A stretch of 64,000 bases of DNA from Nymphaea colorata. Its lineage: Eukaryota. The notes below the pieces were generated by a model. That model ran no database searches. It had not been told where the DNA came from and was given only the letters and a program-made list of their open reading frames with translations. The stretch lies in assembly GCF_008831285.2 (NCBI RefSeq), contig NC_045138.2, forward strand, positions 26,412,001 to 26,476,000, written 5' to 3'. The translations under genes and the position numbers were made by a program. Of the stretch, positions 1-13,400 are shown piece by piece (the stretch's first letter is position 1; every line of letters starts with the position of its first letter).

Positions 1-669
1 CATCAGCTGTTGCTTTTGCTGTTTGATGTATGTTCCTGAGCGTTTAATTTACTAGAAGAACTGGTGAAAGTAAGCCGGCCGTGAACTGAAAAGTCCTTAA
101 TTTCTTGGCTGCTGTTATGACGAACTTCGTTCTCTTTTGCAGATTCCTACACGGAATTTGTTTTAGCCTTTTTTTTTGCCTAACCTGTGAAGGCTTTAAA
201 TTTAAACTGAGATAGAGATAATTTTGGTACGAAGGGTTAAAGAGTTATAAAAGCTTGTTCCCTTTGAGATAGTGATTGCTGAGGACCGGACAGCAGTACA
301 GCCTTAGCAGAAAAGCAGAAAGCTTGAAGGGAGGATAAGTTGGCAGTCCATCTTGTATTACTGGGGGACATTTTATTATTTACACACTTAGTCAGAGCAT
401 CACAAGAATTCATAACTGTCTTTAACTTTTATTTGATTGAGCTGCCTGTAGTTTTGACCATCATTATTTTCATAGGAAGATGATCACTCTTCATCCACCA
501 TTGTTGTTTGCAACAGGCTTTTTTTTTCCCACTTTCCAGGAAGCATTCATTTTTTCTTCAGGAGTCCCAGTATTTCTTCAATCTTTTGAATGATAGAGAT
601 TGCTCTCTCTTTCTTCTCTCTGTGTATTCTGTTCTCTGTGGATAATATATCTTTTGTTGTGACATGCAG

Positions 670-3600
670 TAGCAAAGGCATCCAAAGAAGTTGTGGAGAT
701 AAAACCTCATAAAAAGGAAAAATTGATGTTTCCAAGTTCGTCAGAGGTATGTTTCAACTTTTGCTTTGGTTTCCCCTTTCTGACTATTTACTTGTTGCAG
801 CTGTTCCTGAAGCAATGTATTTTTATTTGAATTTGAAGGAGATGGAGCTTATAACTATTACATGTCCCAGAGTATGTTACAAAAATTAGAAGACACATCC
901 AGGAAGTGATATTGAATTAGACAAGAAATAAATGAAACGACATTATAAAGAAGGAAACAGGATGCAAATGAGAATGAGAATATGATGTGGATCAGAAAGA
1001 AAAAACTTATATTTTTTGGATTCGATATTGCTATGTATCATGATCATGTCCTCAAGGCTCAAGGATGCATTTAGATAGGGTCACCATAAATTTAAAAGAA
1101 GTGATATTCATTGAATATATAAGTGGCAAGAAGTAACAATAATATAATATACTGATTAGTTTACATTGCCAGTCCAAGCAAGTCCAGAAAAGGCTGTCTC
1201 AGCCTAGCATTTATTAAATGATTTAGAGGAGCTTATTTCAGAATCCATGTTCTTATGTGATAACCAAGTGCTATCCAAATTTAGCTCAATCTCATTCATG
1301 ACAGTCAAATAAAGCATGTTAAAATACATCGAATGATCAACACTTCCTCAGATTGAAAACTGAGGATAAGGTGAATCTCAAGTTCTCATCACAGAAAATC
1401 AGATGGCTGATTTATTTATGAACTTGACAAAACACAGGTTTTAGTCTTTGAAAGGCAAGTTATTCATGAATCATTCACAAGTCCATGCACAACTTAATGG
1501 AGGGTATTAAGGTGAGATGGGTCTAAACTCAGACGCGGATTTTTCTGTTTGTATATTTTTACATATTGCCTATATATGTGTAATATTGGAACATATTAGT
1601 ACATCATTCTTCATGTAATCTCTATTCAAATTTACCAAAGTGAGAGAAATAGGCAATGCCTCACATTGAGAATTGTGCCTTTAAGCTCCTTCATCTCTTT
1701 GGTCATCCTAATCTCTTATAGTTGGAGTCCTTTTGGTGTTTCTCCAAAAAAATATAATGGATCAATCAATTTCAAGTTAAATCTGCAGGTAAATGGTGGC
1801 AATGGTTTATGAATTCGTTCTGTTATTCTTTTCCAACCATATAAATTGCTAAACTTGCTGCCAGCACTTTCAAACAACAGCTGTCACTTGTGTTTGCAGA
1901 TATGAGGAAGGCCAGTGAGGAGGGCCTCATTGCATGAGTAATATTATAAGAACTTTTACTCTTGAATTTTTTAAGGTTCTGAAGACATCAATATTGGTTT
2001 AAGCACAATGTTAACGAGTCCACGGCCATTCCCTCCATACCAAAAGCTATGCTGGGTTAGGATTTTTAATAGCATAAAAGATCCTAGTACAGGCGTTCAG
2101 CCACATTTTCATACCCAACTAATGTAACAAAATTTGCATATTGGCGCACACACACCATATCACTGATAAGACAAAATGAGAAGGGGCTTGTGATGGTCCT
2201 TTCCAGATATAGGCTGTATGGAGCTTGTATTGGCCAAATCAACCTGTATTGGCTGCTATGGCCCTGTATCAGCGAATATACAAATAAAATAATATTAAAA
2301 ATATGTTTTATTTTTTTATACAATTAAATCGAAGGTCACCATAGAGGGTGAAATGCATCAGCCTGTATTTGGTACACTTTATTGTTAAGGAACGCGATAT
2401 GGCACTGAAATGTTGACAGCATTGTACCCCAGGTGGGACCACCTGATAAGTGATAACTGTCCCAGGGTTTGTGAATCAAATATGCTGCTGTTTTGGTTCT
2501 CATGATAATTCAGTTGCTAATATATTGCCATAGTTTTCTTGCACTGATGCATGATGAGTTTAAAAGCTAGTGTATATTATATGCTCCAGTTGTTACATGT
2601 TCATTGATATCAATACTATTCACAGTATGTCAAGTGGTTGCCAATAATTGATAATTTTGACAGGTGCAATCGTTGGTCTCGGATATTTGTACAACATCCA
2701 TAGTTGAATTTGAACTGAAAGTAAGTCATATATTTAGGATGTTATGTTAACTAGTGTATATATATATTCATTCAAGTATGTATATATATACACATATATA
2801 TATTAAATTTATGTTTAATGTGCAGTCTTAGACTTGTTGAAATACTGTTTTTTGTAGCTGAGTGGTTTTAGGTTATATATTGCAAGAGACATTAATGGGA
2901 AGAGCAATCCCTCCTCGACCACAGCTACTCCTGATGTTTCAGTTAGCAGAATCTCTACTGGAAATCTTGATTCAAATGGAGCTACTCCTTCAGCTGCTTT
3001 GGCTCTCTTGGAACGAGAACCACCTGCTGGGAATGCTCCAAAACTCTTAGAAAGCGCTGCAGATGCGGGTCTGATTTTGCTGAAGTCCCCAAAGGTGCCA
3101 ATTCACCATCTTGTGGAACATGTTCTTTTTTTCTGATAATAACTGACAACATAAATTAAATGACAGGTAGGTTATTTCAGAAGGTCTCGGACAATTAAAG
3201 GAAAGCGTGCACCTCCAGCTTGCAATGAGGCATGTCATCTACTCTGGATGTCCATTTAGAGCCTGATAATGATGCAGCTTGATTTAGTGTTTATGTATGC
3301 TAGTATAAGTGCTTATGAGCACATGTGACATGGGCATGATGGGGTGGCTGCTATACCTGTATTAGTACGGCTCAAACATGGGTACTATGTATTGGTAAGA
3401 ACTAGATATAGCTAAGGTTGGTTGTGATGGACCATAGCGTTATACCTGACATTGGTTCTGATGTATTGTATAATTCCTATAAACTAGGTGCGAGTCAGAT
3501 TAGACTGGGTTGAATCTGGTATTAAGTATAAAGCTGCACGTTACCTTATTACTATTATTGTTGTTAGCATTTTGCATTTGTGTGTGCACATGTAATGTGT

Positions 3601-4297
3601 TTTATTTTGGGCATGGCAAGAAGGGTAGGGCCATTATTATGTATGGCCATTGTCCAGATCCTACAAAATGCTGATCTTAATTACTCACTGTAGCCTTCAT
3701 TTTCCATTCTTGTTTTGCCAGAAACAAGTCGTCAAGGAAGGGCAGGCTGTTTGTTTTGTGGAGCAGCTTGGTGGTGAAATACCAGTTGAGGTACCAATTA
3801 TAGTTGTATTAAACGTTTTGTTTCATATAAAATTTATCAGTCTTTATTTTTTTCCCCTCGATTTTATGCAGAAACTACCTCGGTTGAGAGATGTTCTCTT
3901 ACCCAGGTGCATAAAGCCATGTGTCCCCCCTTCCCTTCGCCTTTAGGGAAAGGACCTGCTTTGACTTAAGCAGAGGATGGGCACCAGAGGGTTTTAAACC
4001 TCCAAACTGACTTGGTGGTTGTTGCCAGCTTTACTACACTACACCCTCTTGGGCCACAAATTTATGAGCATTTACTATTTGTTTTCTGACAGTCCGAAGT
4101 TGCTGGAGAAGTCATCGAGATATTGAGAAAGGATGGAGGTATGCACTACGAATGATGTTACTTTTGATTTATTATGCTTAGCTCTCTGAAATGACCTCAT
4201 TCATGTATTCGTGTTCTATGAAACAGAAGCAGTAGGATATGGTGACCCACTTATTGCCATACTTCCGTCATTCCCTGGGATTAAAAAGCTCCAGTAG
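670..4297 (+). CDS. BADC: Biotin/lipoyl attachment domain-containing protein (BADC, non-biotinylated BCCP-like partner of plastid ACCase); 5' end not resolved
   Basis: Exons 670-746, 2664-2720, 2858-3094, 3167-3229, 3722-3790, 4093-4138, 4227-4297 join in frame: ..LMFPSSSE|VQSLVSDICTTSIVEFELK|LSGFRLYIARD..LILLKSPK|VGYFRRSRTIKGKRAPPACNE|KQVVKEGQAVCFVEQLGGEIPVE|SEVAGEVIEILRKDG|EAVGYGDPLIAILPSFPGIKKLQ*. EQLGG replaces the biotinylated EAMK motif. Start codon and transit-peptide exons not identified. Confidence 0.92.
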
Positions 4298-6232
4298 GTT
4301 GGAGTAATTATCCTTGTATCATTCTTGCTTCTTCCACCAAGTCTTTCTTGGATTATTTTTCAAGTTCTGCTGTAGATTGACATGATTATATCGTCCCTGG
4401 CGATTGAGGTGAACGTGATCAATTTCTGCTGCTTCAAAATAACTGCATTCTTGTACCATGTGTTTTGAGAGAATCAGCAACTACGAGAAGTATGGACAGT
4501 TTTGCACCATGTTCCTGTATTTTCCTATTACATTTCATTTGATTCATGGTCACAAGCTACTGCTACATGGTTGAAATGCTTGCCTTGAACTGAAGCACCA
4601 ACACCACCTTGCATAATCGTATAAGAGTCTGTTGAACTGGTTTAGTATTGTGAAGTGTAGTTGCTATCAGCTCGCTGGATTGTTCTCTTGACATGGGTTT
4701 CGTGTCAGACTCGTTCCGTGGCTCTAAGAATCTGTCCGTCGGAGGTCTCGTGATTCTCTTAGGTGCTTCTCGCAACCACCATTTGCCAAGAAGGATGCCG
4801 TCAACGGTCTAAAGCATAGACTATAGTTGTGTTCATGGGCAAAATAACCTTTGTAAGGAACCTCTTTTAGGCCAAGATCCGCATTTAGCCACTGTCTTCT
4901 TTCATGCTTATTTTGCATTGTGCATGGTGGGCATGTAAATTCTCCTCTCTCTCTCTCTCTCTCTCTTTACTTTAAGAATGGATGTTGGTTTGCAACTATG
5001 CAGGGTTTGAGAGTTGAGAGCTTTTCTTGTTTTTGTGAATCTGATCCAGATCCAATACACCATGCTTAAGATGCAAAGTGTATTAGTTGACGATGATATT
5101 AATGTGTCTTTCAAAAGAAAAGGATTTCAGATATTAGTTAGAAATCAAGGATCTGAAGTCCAGAAACCTAAGATCTTATATCACCTGGGTTCTTAGATCT
5201 AAATTAAACAAACATACGCTATAATATTGCAGCTCAATGTGGATCTGATAAAGGCCCCCCCAAGTTCCATACCAGAAGCGTTCAGATCTGATATATGACT
5301 TGAATCCAGATTTAGAAATACTGCATTGTGATATCTAAGACAGTTACACTTTAAAAAAGTGCCTATATGGGTTGGATACAGTTTCAAGGTTTTGGGTTTT
5401 TGGCTGATATTGAATCTGACCTGAATCTCCTTGGTTTCTCAACTGATCAAGGTAGAGGTCGGTGAGAATATTTCTCGGGTCTGATCATGGTTATCAGAAA
5501 AGATTTGGGTACTGTTTGTTTCAATCGTCGGTAACATGAGAATATTTCTCGGGTTTGATCATGGTTATCAGAAAAGATTTTGTTGGGATTGATCGTTGCC
5601 AATAAAATGTCATGACTCGCACAGTTGGACTCTCATTAGTTTAAGAATTTATCAAGCTGTTCATTTTTTACTACTAAAAGGATTCGTTATTTTCAAAGGC
5701 AACTACATGTTTTAAAATCAAAATCATGGATTTATAGTCAGATCTGAAACTATCAAGCATAACCTAAGCTCTTAACCGATGTTGCAGCAATTATAAACTA
5801 AGAGTATGTTTAAGAATAATTGTTACTTTTAATAAAAAAAACTGATTTTAAATAAAAAGCTCTTTACAGTTCACATTTTCTTTACTCTCCATGATTTTGC
5901 TTTCCTGTTTCTGTTGCCTGAGAAACGGATAAGGGGAGAAATGTGGAATTGTAGAGAAATTAACTTGAAAAAGTGTGGTTTGTAAATTTTTTGAAAAGAA
6001 AGTGAACTTCTATATTAAGAGTAAAAAAAAATTTTGTTTAAGTATTTTTCATTTTGCATGTTGAAATTTTCTCAAACAGAAAAAAGAAAAAACTTGTGGC
6101 ATTATCCTTTTGCTGTAATAAAATAGTTTTTTAAGGACAGTAAAAATATACCATCCTGACCGGTTCCCCTCCCATACCGATACTGGAAGTCTGGAAAAAC
6201 GATTCGACGTACAAATTTTGGAATTTAATAGT

Positions 6233-6344
6233 TGGGCTGTTAAAAAACTGAGAAATTCCAAACGCCGCCTATTTAGGGTTTTATTTTGCTTGCAAAAGAA
6301 GGAATTGTGAAGGGGCGGCGTGGTGGTTATTATAGTTAGGGTTT
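6233..6344 (+). promoter_or_regulatory. Site II motif plus two telo-boxes upstream of the CCCH gene
   Basis: TGGGCT at 6233-6238; TTAGGGTTT (reverse of AAACCCTAA) at 6273-6281 and 6336-6344; TATAAATA near 6431. Confidence 0.45.
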
Positions 6345-6517
6345 TAGTTCGCAATCTTCGCTCTCTGTGGACTCTTCCTTTGGCTCTCCCTTTCTTCTTC
6401 TCCCTCTTCCTTCCTTGCTCCCACCACCAGTATAAATAAGAAAGGGAGGGAAGGAAGGAGAGAAGAGGAGAGAGGCGCAACTCGAGCAATCCCCAGATCT
6501 CTTGATTTCTGAAGAAG

Positions 6518-8669
6518 ATGAGCACTCCCCTCCCTCCGCCGCCCCCCTCTCTCCCTCCCCTTCTCCCGTCCGCCGGATTCTGGCCGGAGATTCCGCCCAG
6601 CCGCCAAGATCTGTGGTCAGGGGAATCTGATTATGACAATTCTTTTGCCTTCCCTGAAGGCCCGTCCAAGAGACCAAGGACCTCCTCCCCGGAAGGCCTT
6701 AGCCCTTGTGACTCGAGACCTTTCCTTCCTGTGAATCCCCCGCCCAAGATTCCCAGTCCGGATTCGGACTCCCCTTCGAAGAACCGTGGCGGCAGCAACA
6801 ATGGTAGCAACAATACCCTTGGTGGGATCAGCCGCATCTTCTTTAAGACGAAGCTGTGCTGCAAATTCAGAATGGGGTCCTGCCCCTACAGTTCGAACTG
6901 CAACTTTGCCCATGGGAACGAGGAGCTCCGGAAGCCGCCGCCTAATTGGCAGGAGATTGTTGCGAACGCCTCCGCCTCTGCATCGTCTGGCAACTCTGGG
7001 AACGATGATGACCGGCAGAACGTGAACGGAAATGGCGGTGGGTGGGCGGATAGAAATAAACTGCGGATCTGCAAGAAGTTCTATAACGGCGAGGGTTGCT
7101 CATATGGCGATAGGTGTAATTTTCTGCATGAGGAACCAGGTAGATCGAGGGAGAGCGTCGCCATTAACGTCGGATTGATGGGCGCCAATGGACATGATGT
7201 TACAGAAACCATCGGGGATTCGAACGGGTCGAATCAGAAGCCTGCCTATTGGAAGACTAGAATTTGCAACAAGTGGGAGATGACAGGGGCGTGTCCTTTT
7301 GGGGATAAGTGCCACTTCGCGCATGGTCTGGCTGGTAATTGGCACCTTCCTAATCTTAGATCAACTGAGTATTTATTAATGTAATCCATGTTGCAATTTG
7401 TAATATATGTTTCTGTCGTTTGAGTTTAAGATTTTCTGCAACTGCTGATGTTTGTTTTGGTCGATCTTAGTTTTCTTCTGTTCGTTTACGTATTCTTCTC
7501 AATCTCTATTTCTGAATGTGAAGCGTGGTTAAATTGCGGAGTTCACCATATAGGTTTTCCCAGTATATTGGTGTTAATTATTATTGGCTATTTTTTCTCT
7601 CCCAATTGTATGTGTACTGATCGTATAGTTTTCTAGGATCGTCCTAGATCTCTATGGTGATGCAGCCATCTCTCTGTGTTTTTCAATGTGGAGCCTGGCT
7701 AAATTGCTGGGTCGGCCATATATGTTTCCCCTTATCTTAGTGTCTGTGAAATTGCAGTCTAGACGATTTAGGTTTTCCCCTCCTATTGGTGCCGTCTTAT
7801 TCTTCTACTAGTTGATGTCATGATATTCCGACGGTGATGTTGTTGATCGTTTGATTTTCAGGTTTGTCATGGCATTTTTCCGTGTTTATGTAGCAGGTCT
7901 TTATATTTGTGTATTATTCTTCTCTCTATGTTTCTCAGCGCGCATCCTGGCTAAATTACTTGGTCAACCATACATGTTTTTCACATTATATTGGTGTTCT
8001 ATACCATAGGGACAAGACACAAACGCATATTTATTTCTCTAACTTGGAATTAGAAAAATAATTGACGAGATCCATCTATGCCTTGATGCTCAACCCAATA
8101 AACCCCATGAATGTAAAGCAAAATCTTTTGGAATCTGTAACTGGATCCAAGTTCAAGACTAGATACTTTTTCTTGACACATTTCACCATCATTAAACTTA
8201 CACGGGAGACACAGTTTGTTGGATGCTGACTGAAGTACAATGATATCTCATATCTGTTATATATAAGGCTTTGTCTCTATATGTTCGGAGACAGTATCCC
8301 TGTTCACAGGACAGGAATCATCATTCGTCTCATGCCTGCAGAAGAATTATTGTTCCTATTTATCAACCGAGATAATTTATCTTATACGTGAATGTCAATG
8401 CAGCTCATGTTGAAATATTTACTTGGATGCATATTGAGGCATTGTTTTTTATTGATGCAGAGCTGCAAAAATATGGGGGAGGATACACAGATTCTGAGAA
8501 TGGTTGTTCTGGTGTTGTCCCTTCCAAGGTAGCCAACTCTACTGAAGAAATTGCACCCAGCAAGAAGTGGGCATGTAAACAATCAAATATTCAAAATCGT
8601 TTTGCAAAGTGGAAGGGGCCTGAGAAGATCAACAGGATCTATGCTGATTGGATTGATGATAATGAATGA
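6518..8669 (+). CDS. Zinc finger CCCH domain-containing protein with three fingers
   Basis: Exons 6518-7334 and 8461-8669 (GT..AG, phase 1). Fingers: KTKLC-x7-C-x5-C-x3-H, C-x8-C-x5-C-x3-H, KTRIC-x8-C-x5-C-x3-H. C-terminus [20 protein letters not shown]. Confidence 0.92.
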
Positions 8670-10464
8670 GTAAGGAAACTGCAGCCCACAATAGCTTCCG
8701 ACTAAGATCGGAGGCTGGTTGATGAAAAATCATGAACAACCGTTCTCAGTGGTTTTGGCTTTTTGTTGGTTTCAAATACTGCAGGAGTTGGGTTTAGATT
8801 TGGAAACCAGGGATGATGTCTGAGAGACTACGTTGGTGCAAGAGGCTGGAAAGCGCATCTCATTTCTTCATCAGATGTTATTATGATTGATTGGAGTATC
8901 AAGATTGTTCCAGAGATGATGCTGGGCTTTTTTGGTGGTTTCTTCATTGATGATAGTTTCCTTTTTGTAGTAGGAACGATATGATACAGATTGGATTGTA
9001 AACGATGGACTATATAGGAAGTGCCTTCCCTTTTTTGCCTCCTATTTGTGGTCTTTTTTTCTTTCTTCTTGGCGGGAAAATGTCTGTGAACCTGAGAACT
9101 TGAGATGAAAGACGGACTCTTCCAAGCACGGTTGCTAACAAGAGTTGCATCCATGTCTTGAGAAGCTTTTTTCTCGAAGTTATTTTTGTGTTTTTGTGAG
9201 TACATATGTTTCTGGAAGTTGGAGAACTATGCCACTGGAAAGTGACGGGCTTGGTCACTTGGTTCATGAGTCATGGGCTCATGCAGTACGGGAAATACTG
9301 ATTTGTGATGTAATTCTGTTGGCCCTTGCGAGTATTCTTTTCCCGAACCTGAACTTGTGTTATTGCTTATTTATCCGAACGCACTAATTTTCTGTCTTCA
9401 AATAACACACTAAGCAGGATCAAGTAACGCACTATATTGAAAAACTGCTGAACAAAGGTACACCCGGTTACAGATTGGACAAGCCACCTAAAGCAACGTC
9501 GTCTGATTGTGGGTTTAACAAAAAAAGCAAGACGAAAAACCTTAAAGAGACCATTCTTTGTCCATGAATTTATGGACCATCCGGATGGAATCTCTTCTAA
9601 ACTTCCCAATGATCATTTTTCAGAAGTGCGACCTAGTGTTTTTTTACTTGGCAATGTGAAATGTCCCTCTACTAATTCATTTTCCACTGATCGTCATGCC
9701 AAATGGCTGTCTCGAAGGCAGATTATGGGAATATGTTTGTGCTTTCCCCATGTGAAAACACCTAATGGGCGTAGATTTGTGGTGTCACCATTTTCATTCG
9801 GTCCTTCCCATTTGCATGATTTAACTGGACGAAACGAAACAAAAGAATGTCGCACTTGTGCAGACATTTGAGTCTCCACTTCAGGTCCGGGACTGTGTCA
9901 TGTGTGCATGACTGAATGGTACAGACCACATTCTTTTATACCATTAATCTGCTTGACTTGAATGCCTAGAAGGAAAGAAGTAAAACCCATCAACAGAAGT
10001 TTAAGAAAAAGCGTCCACTATATTTACTAATTTTCACGTTCGACTGATTCTCTTCCTTACTGTTAATTGCACAAGAGTCCGAAGGCATTGAACCTATGGA
10101 CTGAGCTCTCCCATCTACAAGGAAGAGCCGTTGAAACCAAAAGCGTACAAATAGAGAAGAGTAAACAATAGTCTTTGTGTAAATAGACACGCTGAAGCTG
10201 GGTAGACAATACTGGGTTATGCCAACAGCTATGGCGGCTGGATATCAGCCGCTTTTCATGTCATTCTTCATTTGAAGGTTTCATATCCGTCCATCTAATG
10301 AATAAAGAAGAAAGAAAACGGTTCTGGAAAACATTGCTGGTGATAACTGACAATAGCTCTCAAATATGGCATGCACAAGCAAACAGGCATTTAATTACAA
10401 CAGCAGACTAAGCATCAAGAAATGAATAAAGATTAAAGATTGCAGGTATTATGCACAAATTGTT

Positions 10465-13400
10465 CTAACTGTGTTCCCGTGAATAAGCCCATTTGATGGT
10501 AGCCCGCGCCAAGGCGTCCATTGGATAAACGCATTTCTTCAGCAGTGGGTCACCATGAGGCAGAACCTTTTGCAGATCTTCTGACGCAAGAATGACAGTA
10601 CTGACAGCCCGCAACAGAAGGAACTGCAGTGCGATCCTGAGGAGGGTTCGAGCACCTTCCGTGTCCTTCCTGTTGAGAGCTTCCATTGCAGGAAGAACCG
10701 TGTGCTCCATGGTTGCTTTGTCTGGCAGCACTACCTCAAAGCCCTGTTCATGCAACGACGTCTCATTTCGTCAGTTACAGACTGAAAGGGTCGAAGATAA
10801 CAAATTAAGAAGTTCGCATCAGTCACGACCTTGAAGACTTGAGAAGGCACTGAGAGATCAACAATGAAGGCAAGAACGAGAAAATGATCAGAAAATAAAT
10901 TTGGTATAGGCAGGAACTGAAAACGGGGATAGTTACTAGCAGAACTTGTCTTTCCAAATTTCAGTTGAAGATGATTTCACTTGCTGCAAGAATCTCTACC
11001 CTACGTCAGAAACAAAAGCCCGATCCATAAAGTAAATGGCACAAAATATACGATCAACAGTACATAGGCAGCTTTTTCCATCAGGACATGAACATAACAT
11101 ACCAAAACTTTCAGATTGTGGCCAACAATCTAGTGGAAGAAACACTTTATCACATTTTTGTTTTGCTATACCTCCTTAAGATTTACACCCAATAGATACA
11201 GCTTTGTACATCACATTGACATACAAGTCCAAGTGCATACACTACAGGTTATTTGCAACATCCAAATTCAATGGATGCCACACTTGACCATGCACAGAGC
11301 TGCTGACAGCATTTAAAAGGTGAGATTCATGCCACAGACTATAACTTGCACCAGACAATGAATACATACATGAGAATTTGCAGTCATATGAGTTATTTCT
11401 CATACCACTCCCATGTACTGCCCTCTGCCACGGATACAGCCTTCACATGTTTTCAAAGACGAACCTTTGCACTCAATTTTTGCAGTTCCCTAGGCCTCCT
11501 TCAAGCTAAATCCTTCTACTAGGCACCAAACTCTGCACTTTCTCCTTAAAAAATAGCCAGTAATTCCCAAATGTTCGGTGAGCAATTTCCCTCAAAATCA
11601 AATCAACATAAATAGATACACAGGAAGAGAGTTGATAAGGCAGTTGAGCGGACTTTTGCTCTTCAGAGTTAAGTCTGAATTTTTTGAAGGGTTTCTACAT
11701 GTACTTACATCCAAGACAACATGGAATAGCATTTCCCAGGATTATTTTCCCCTTCTTTGGTCGCAAATGAAATATATAGAAAGTTCTTTTTCAGCAGTTC
11801 CTTAAAAAATGCCATGTATTCTGCATCTTATAGACAAAACCCAGTTATCTTCAGTATAAAAGGTTTTCATTAGCCATCTAGAAAAGATGGAAGAAAACAT
11901 TGAACCAACTCCTTGTCAAACAACAGAATAGAAATATATGATATGATCAGATTTCAGAAAAACAAAATCTGCGACGACAGTTTCAAACGACCACATAGAG
12001 CAACGGATGGTTAAATTGGCTGCACAGCTGGTTGGTTGTGTGAATGCAGTTTAACTTTGAGCCACTTGATTACCTGATTCAAGAGGAAAAGCAAGAAAGG
12101 GAATTGAAAGCCGGAAGCAGTACCAGTATTGAAATTAAAAAGCGATGGTTTGAAATCCTGAGATGATTCAGGAAGTGGGACACAACTCAAAGTAGCACGG
12201 TGAATCAATACTGTAAAATGTCATGTAATGTCAAATAGATTGGTGCAATTAAGTGCTTTAAAAATAAGGATCATAATTAAGACATGACACCAAGACCAAT
12301 TTAAGCTAAAATATAAGGACCAATTTAAGCTAAAAATATGAACACATCTCCCATGGCTAGCAATTTTTCTCATGTTGGGTCACAAGACTGTTGATGGATT
12401 CAGTTCCCATTTCCGAGGAATTGGTATCTTAAGTATTTCCTGTGGCCGCAACTATGGTTCCTGTGGTACGTTTCCACTTTTCCTCGATAAAAGATGGCAA
12501 CTCCATTACCAGCCATTCCACAAAACTTAGTGCTAAGATCAGATTGGTTATACACAAAACATCACTACTGTGGTCGTTTAAGGTGCTTCATGAACAACAC
12601 CACTGTTTCCTACTCCCTACTCTTCACATTTGTTTGCATACCACATTTACTCTAACAATAGTCCCTTTATCTCATATCTATTCACAGACAAGTCCTTTCT
12701 TTACCTTTCAGAAGAAAAAATCATGTTATAGAATTCTTCCAGCACAATCAGCAGCTCCATTTCTTGCATGGACAGCATTTTTATCACTACACATGAAGTC
12801 TGTAGATCCACTTATCCCAGTCAACAGAACCAAGCATCACAGAAATCAACAGCACAGGCTCACAACAAGGAATACCACTTGAAATTCCTGTCTCCCTAAT
12901 CAGGATTGGTCATGTTTCTAGAAAGACTTTCACAATATTATAAAAGTGTCCCTATGCATCTGCAAATGGACCCAAAACAAGCCCACTTCACTTCAAGCTA
13001 GGTAAACCAGAGGCATGATGTTCACAAGAAGTTGAAGAACAATGTTAGTGCCCTAATGGCCTAATCTATATTCATAACATCTTTTGTTGCTTGAGGTGGC
13101 TGCAAGAAAAATGATGCAATGGAGAAAGAAGGCCGGTTCCAGTGGTAGAGAAAAAGGGAGACAGAGAGAGTATGCACACGCTGGTTGGTACATGTGTGAA
13201 AGATGCTCAATATAGCACTGTAGTATATTCTTCCATTCTCAATACATGCTGAACGCCCATTTATGATCGAACACTGTTGCTTTCCCCTTCAGCATGTACC
13301 ATCGACTTATCGCTTAACCAAAAAGATCATCAAAATGGTTTTACAAGTCGGCAGATAAAATATAGAGATGAAGACCTCTGATTATCAGAGAATGAAGAAG

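Noticed and set aside
3895..4056. Possible SINE remnant on the minus strand in a BADC intron
   Set aside because: A/B boxes are too degenerate and no TSD was found.
4980..5420. GATC/GGAT-rich segment (similar ones at ~16300-16570 and ~51540-51840), possibly old MITEs
   Set aside because: TIRs and TSDs could not be defined, so boundaries are unsupported.
5463..5580. ~45-bp direct repeat with 74-bp period
   Set aside because: Real but short; ordinary local duplication with no functional cue.
6049..7345. Multiple overlapping ORFs around CCCH exon 1
   Set aside because: Antisense or alternative frames of GC-rich coding and leader sequence.
12400..12900. 146-aa ORF and faint LINE-like peptides (VDWDK, GNG..EEKW) in the racemase intron
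   Set aside because: Non-ATG ORF with no domain; the LINE signal is too weak to call without a profile search.
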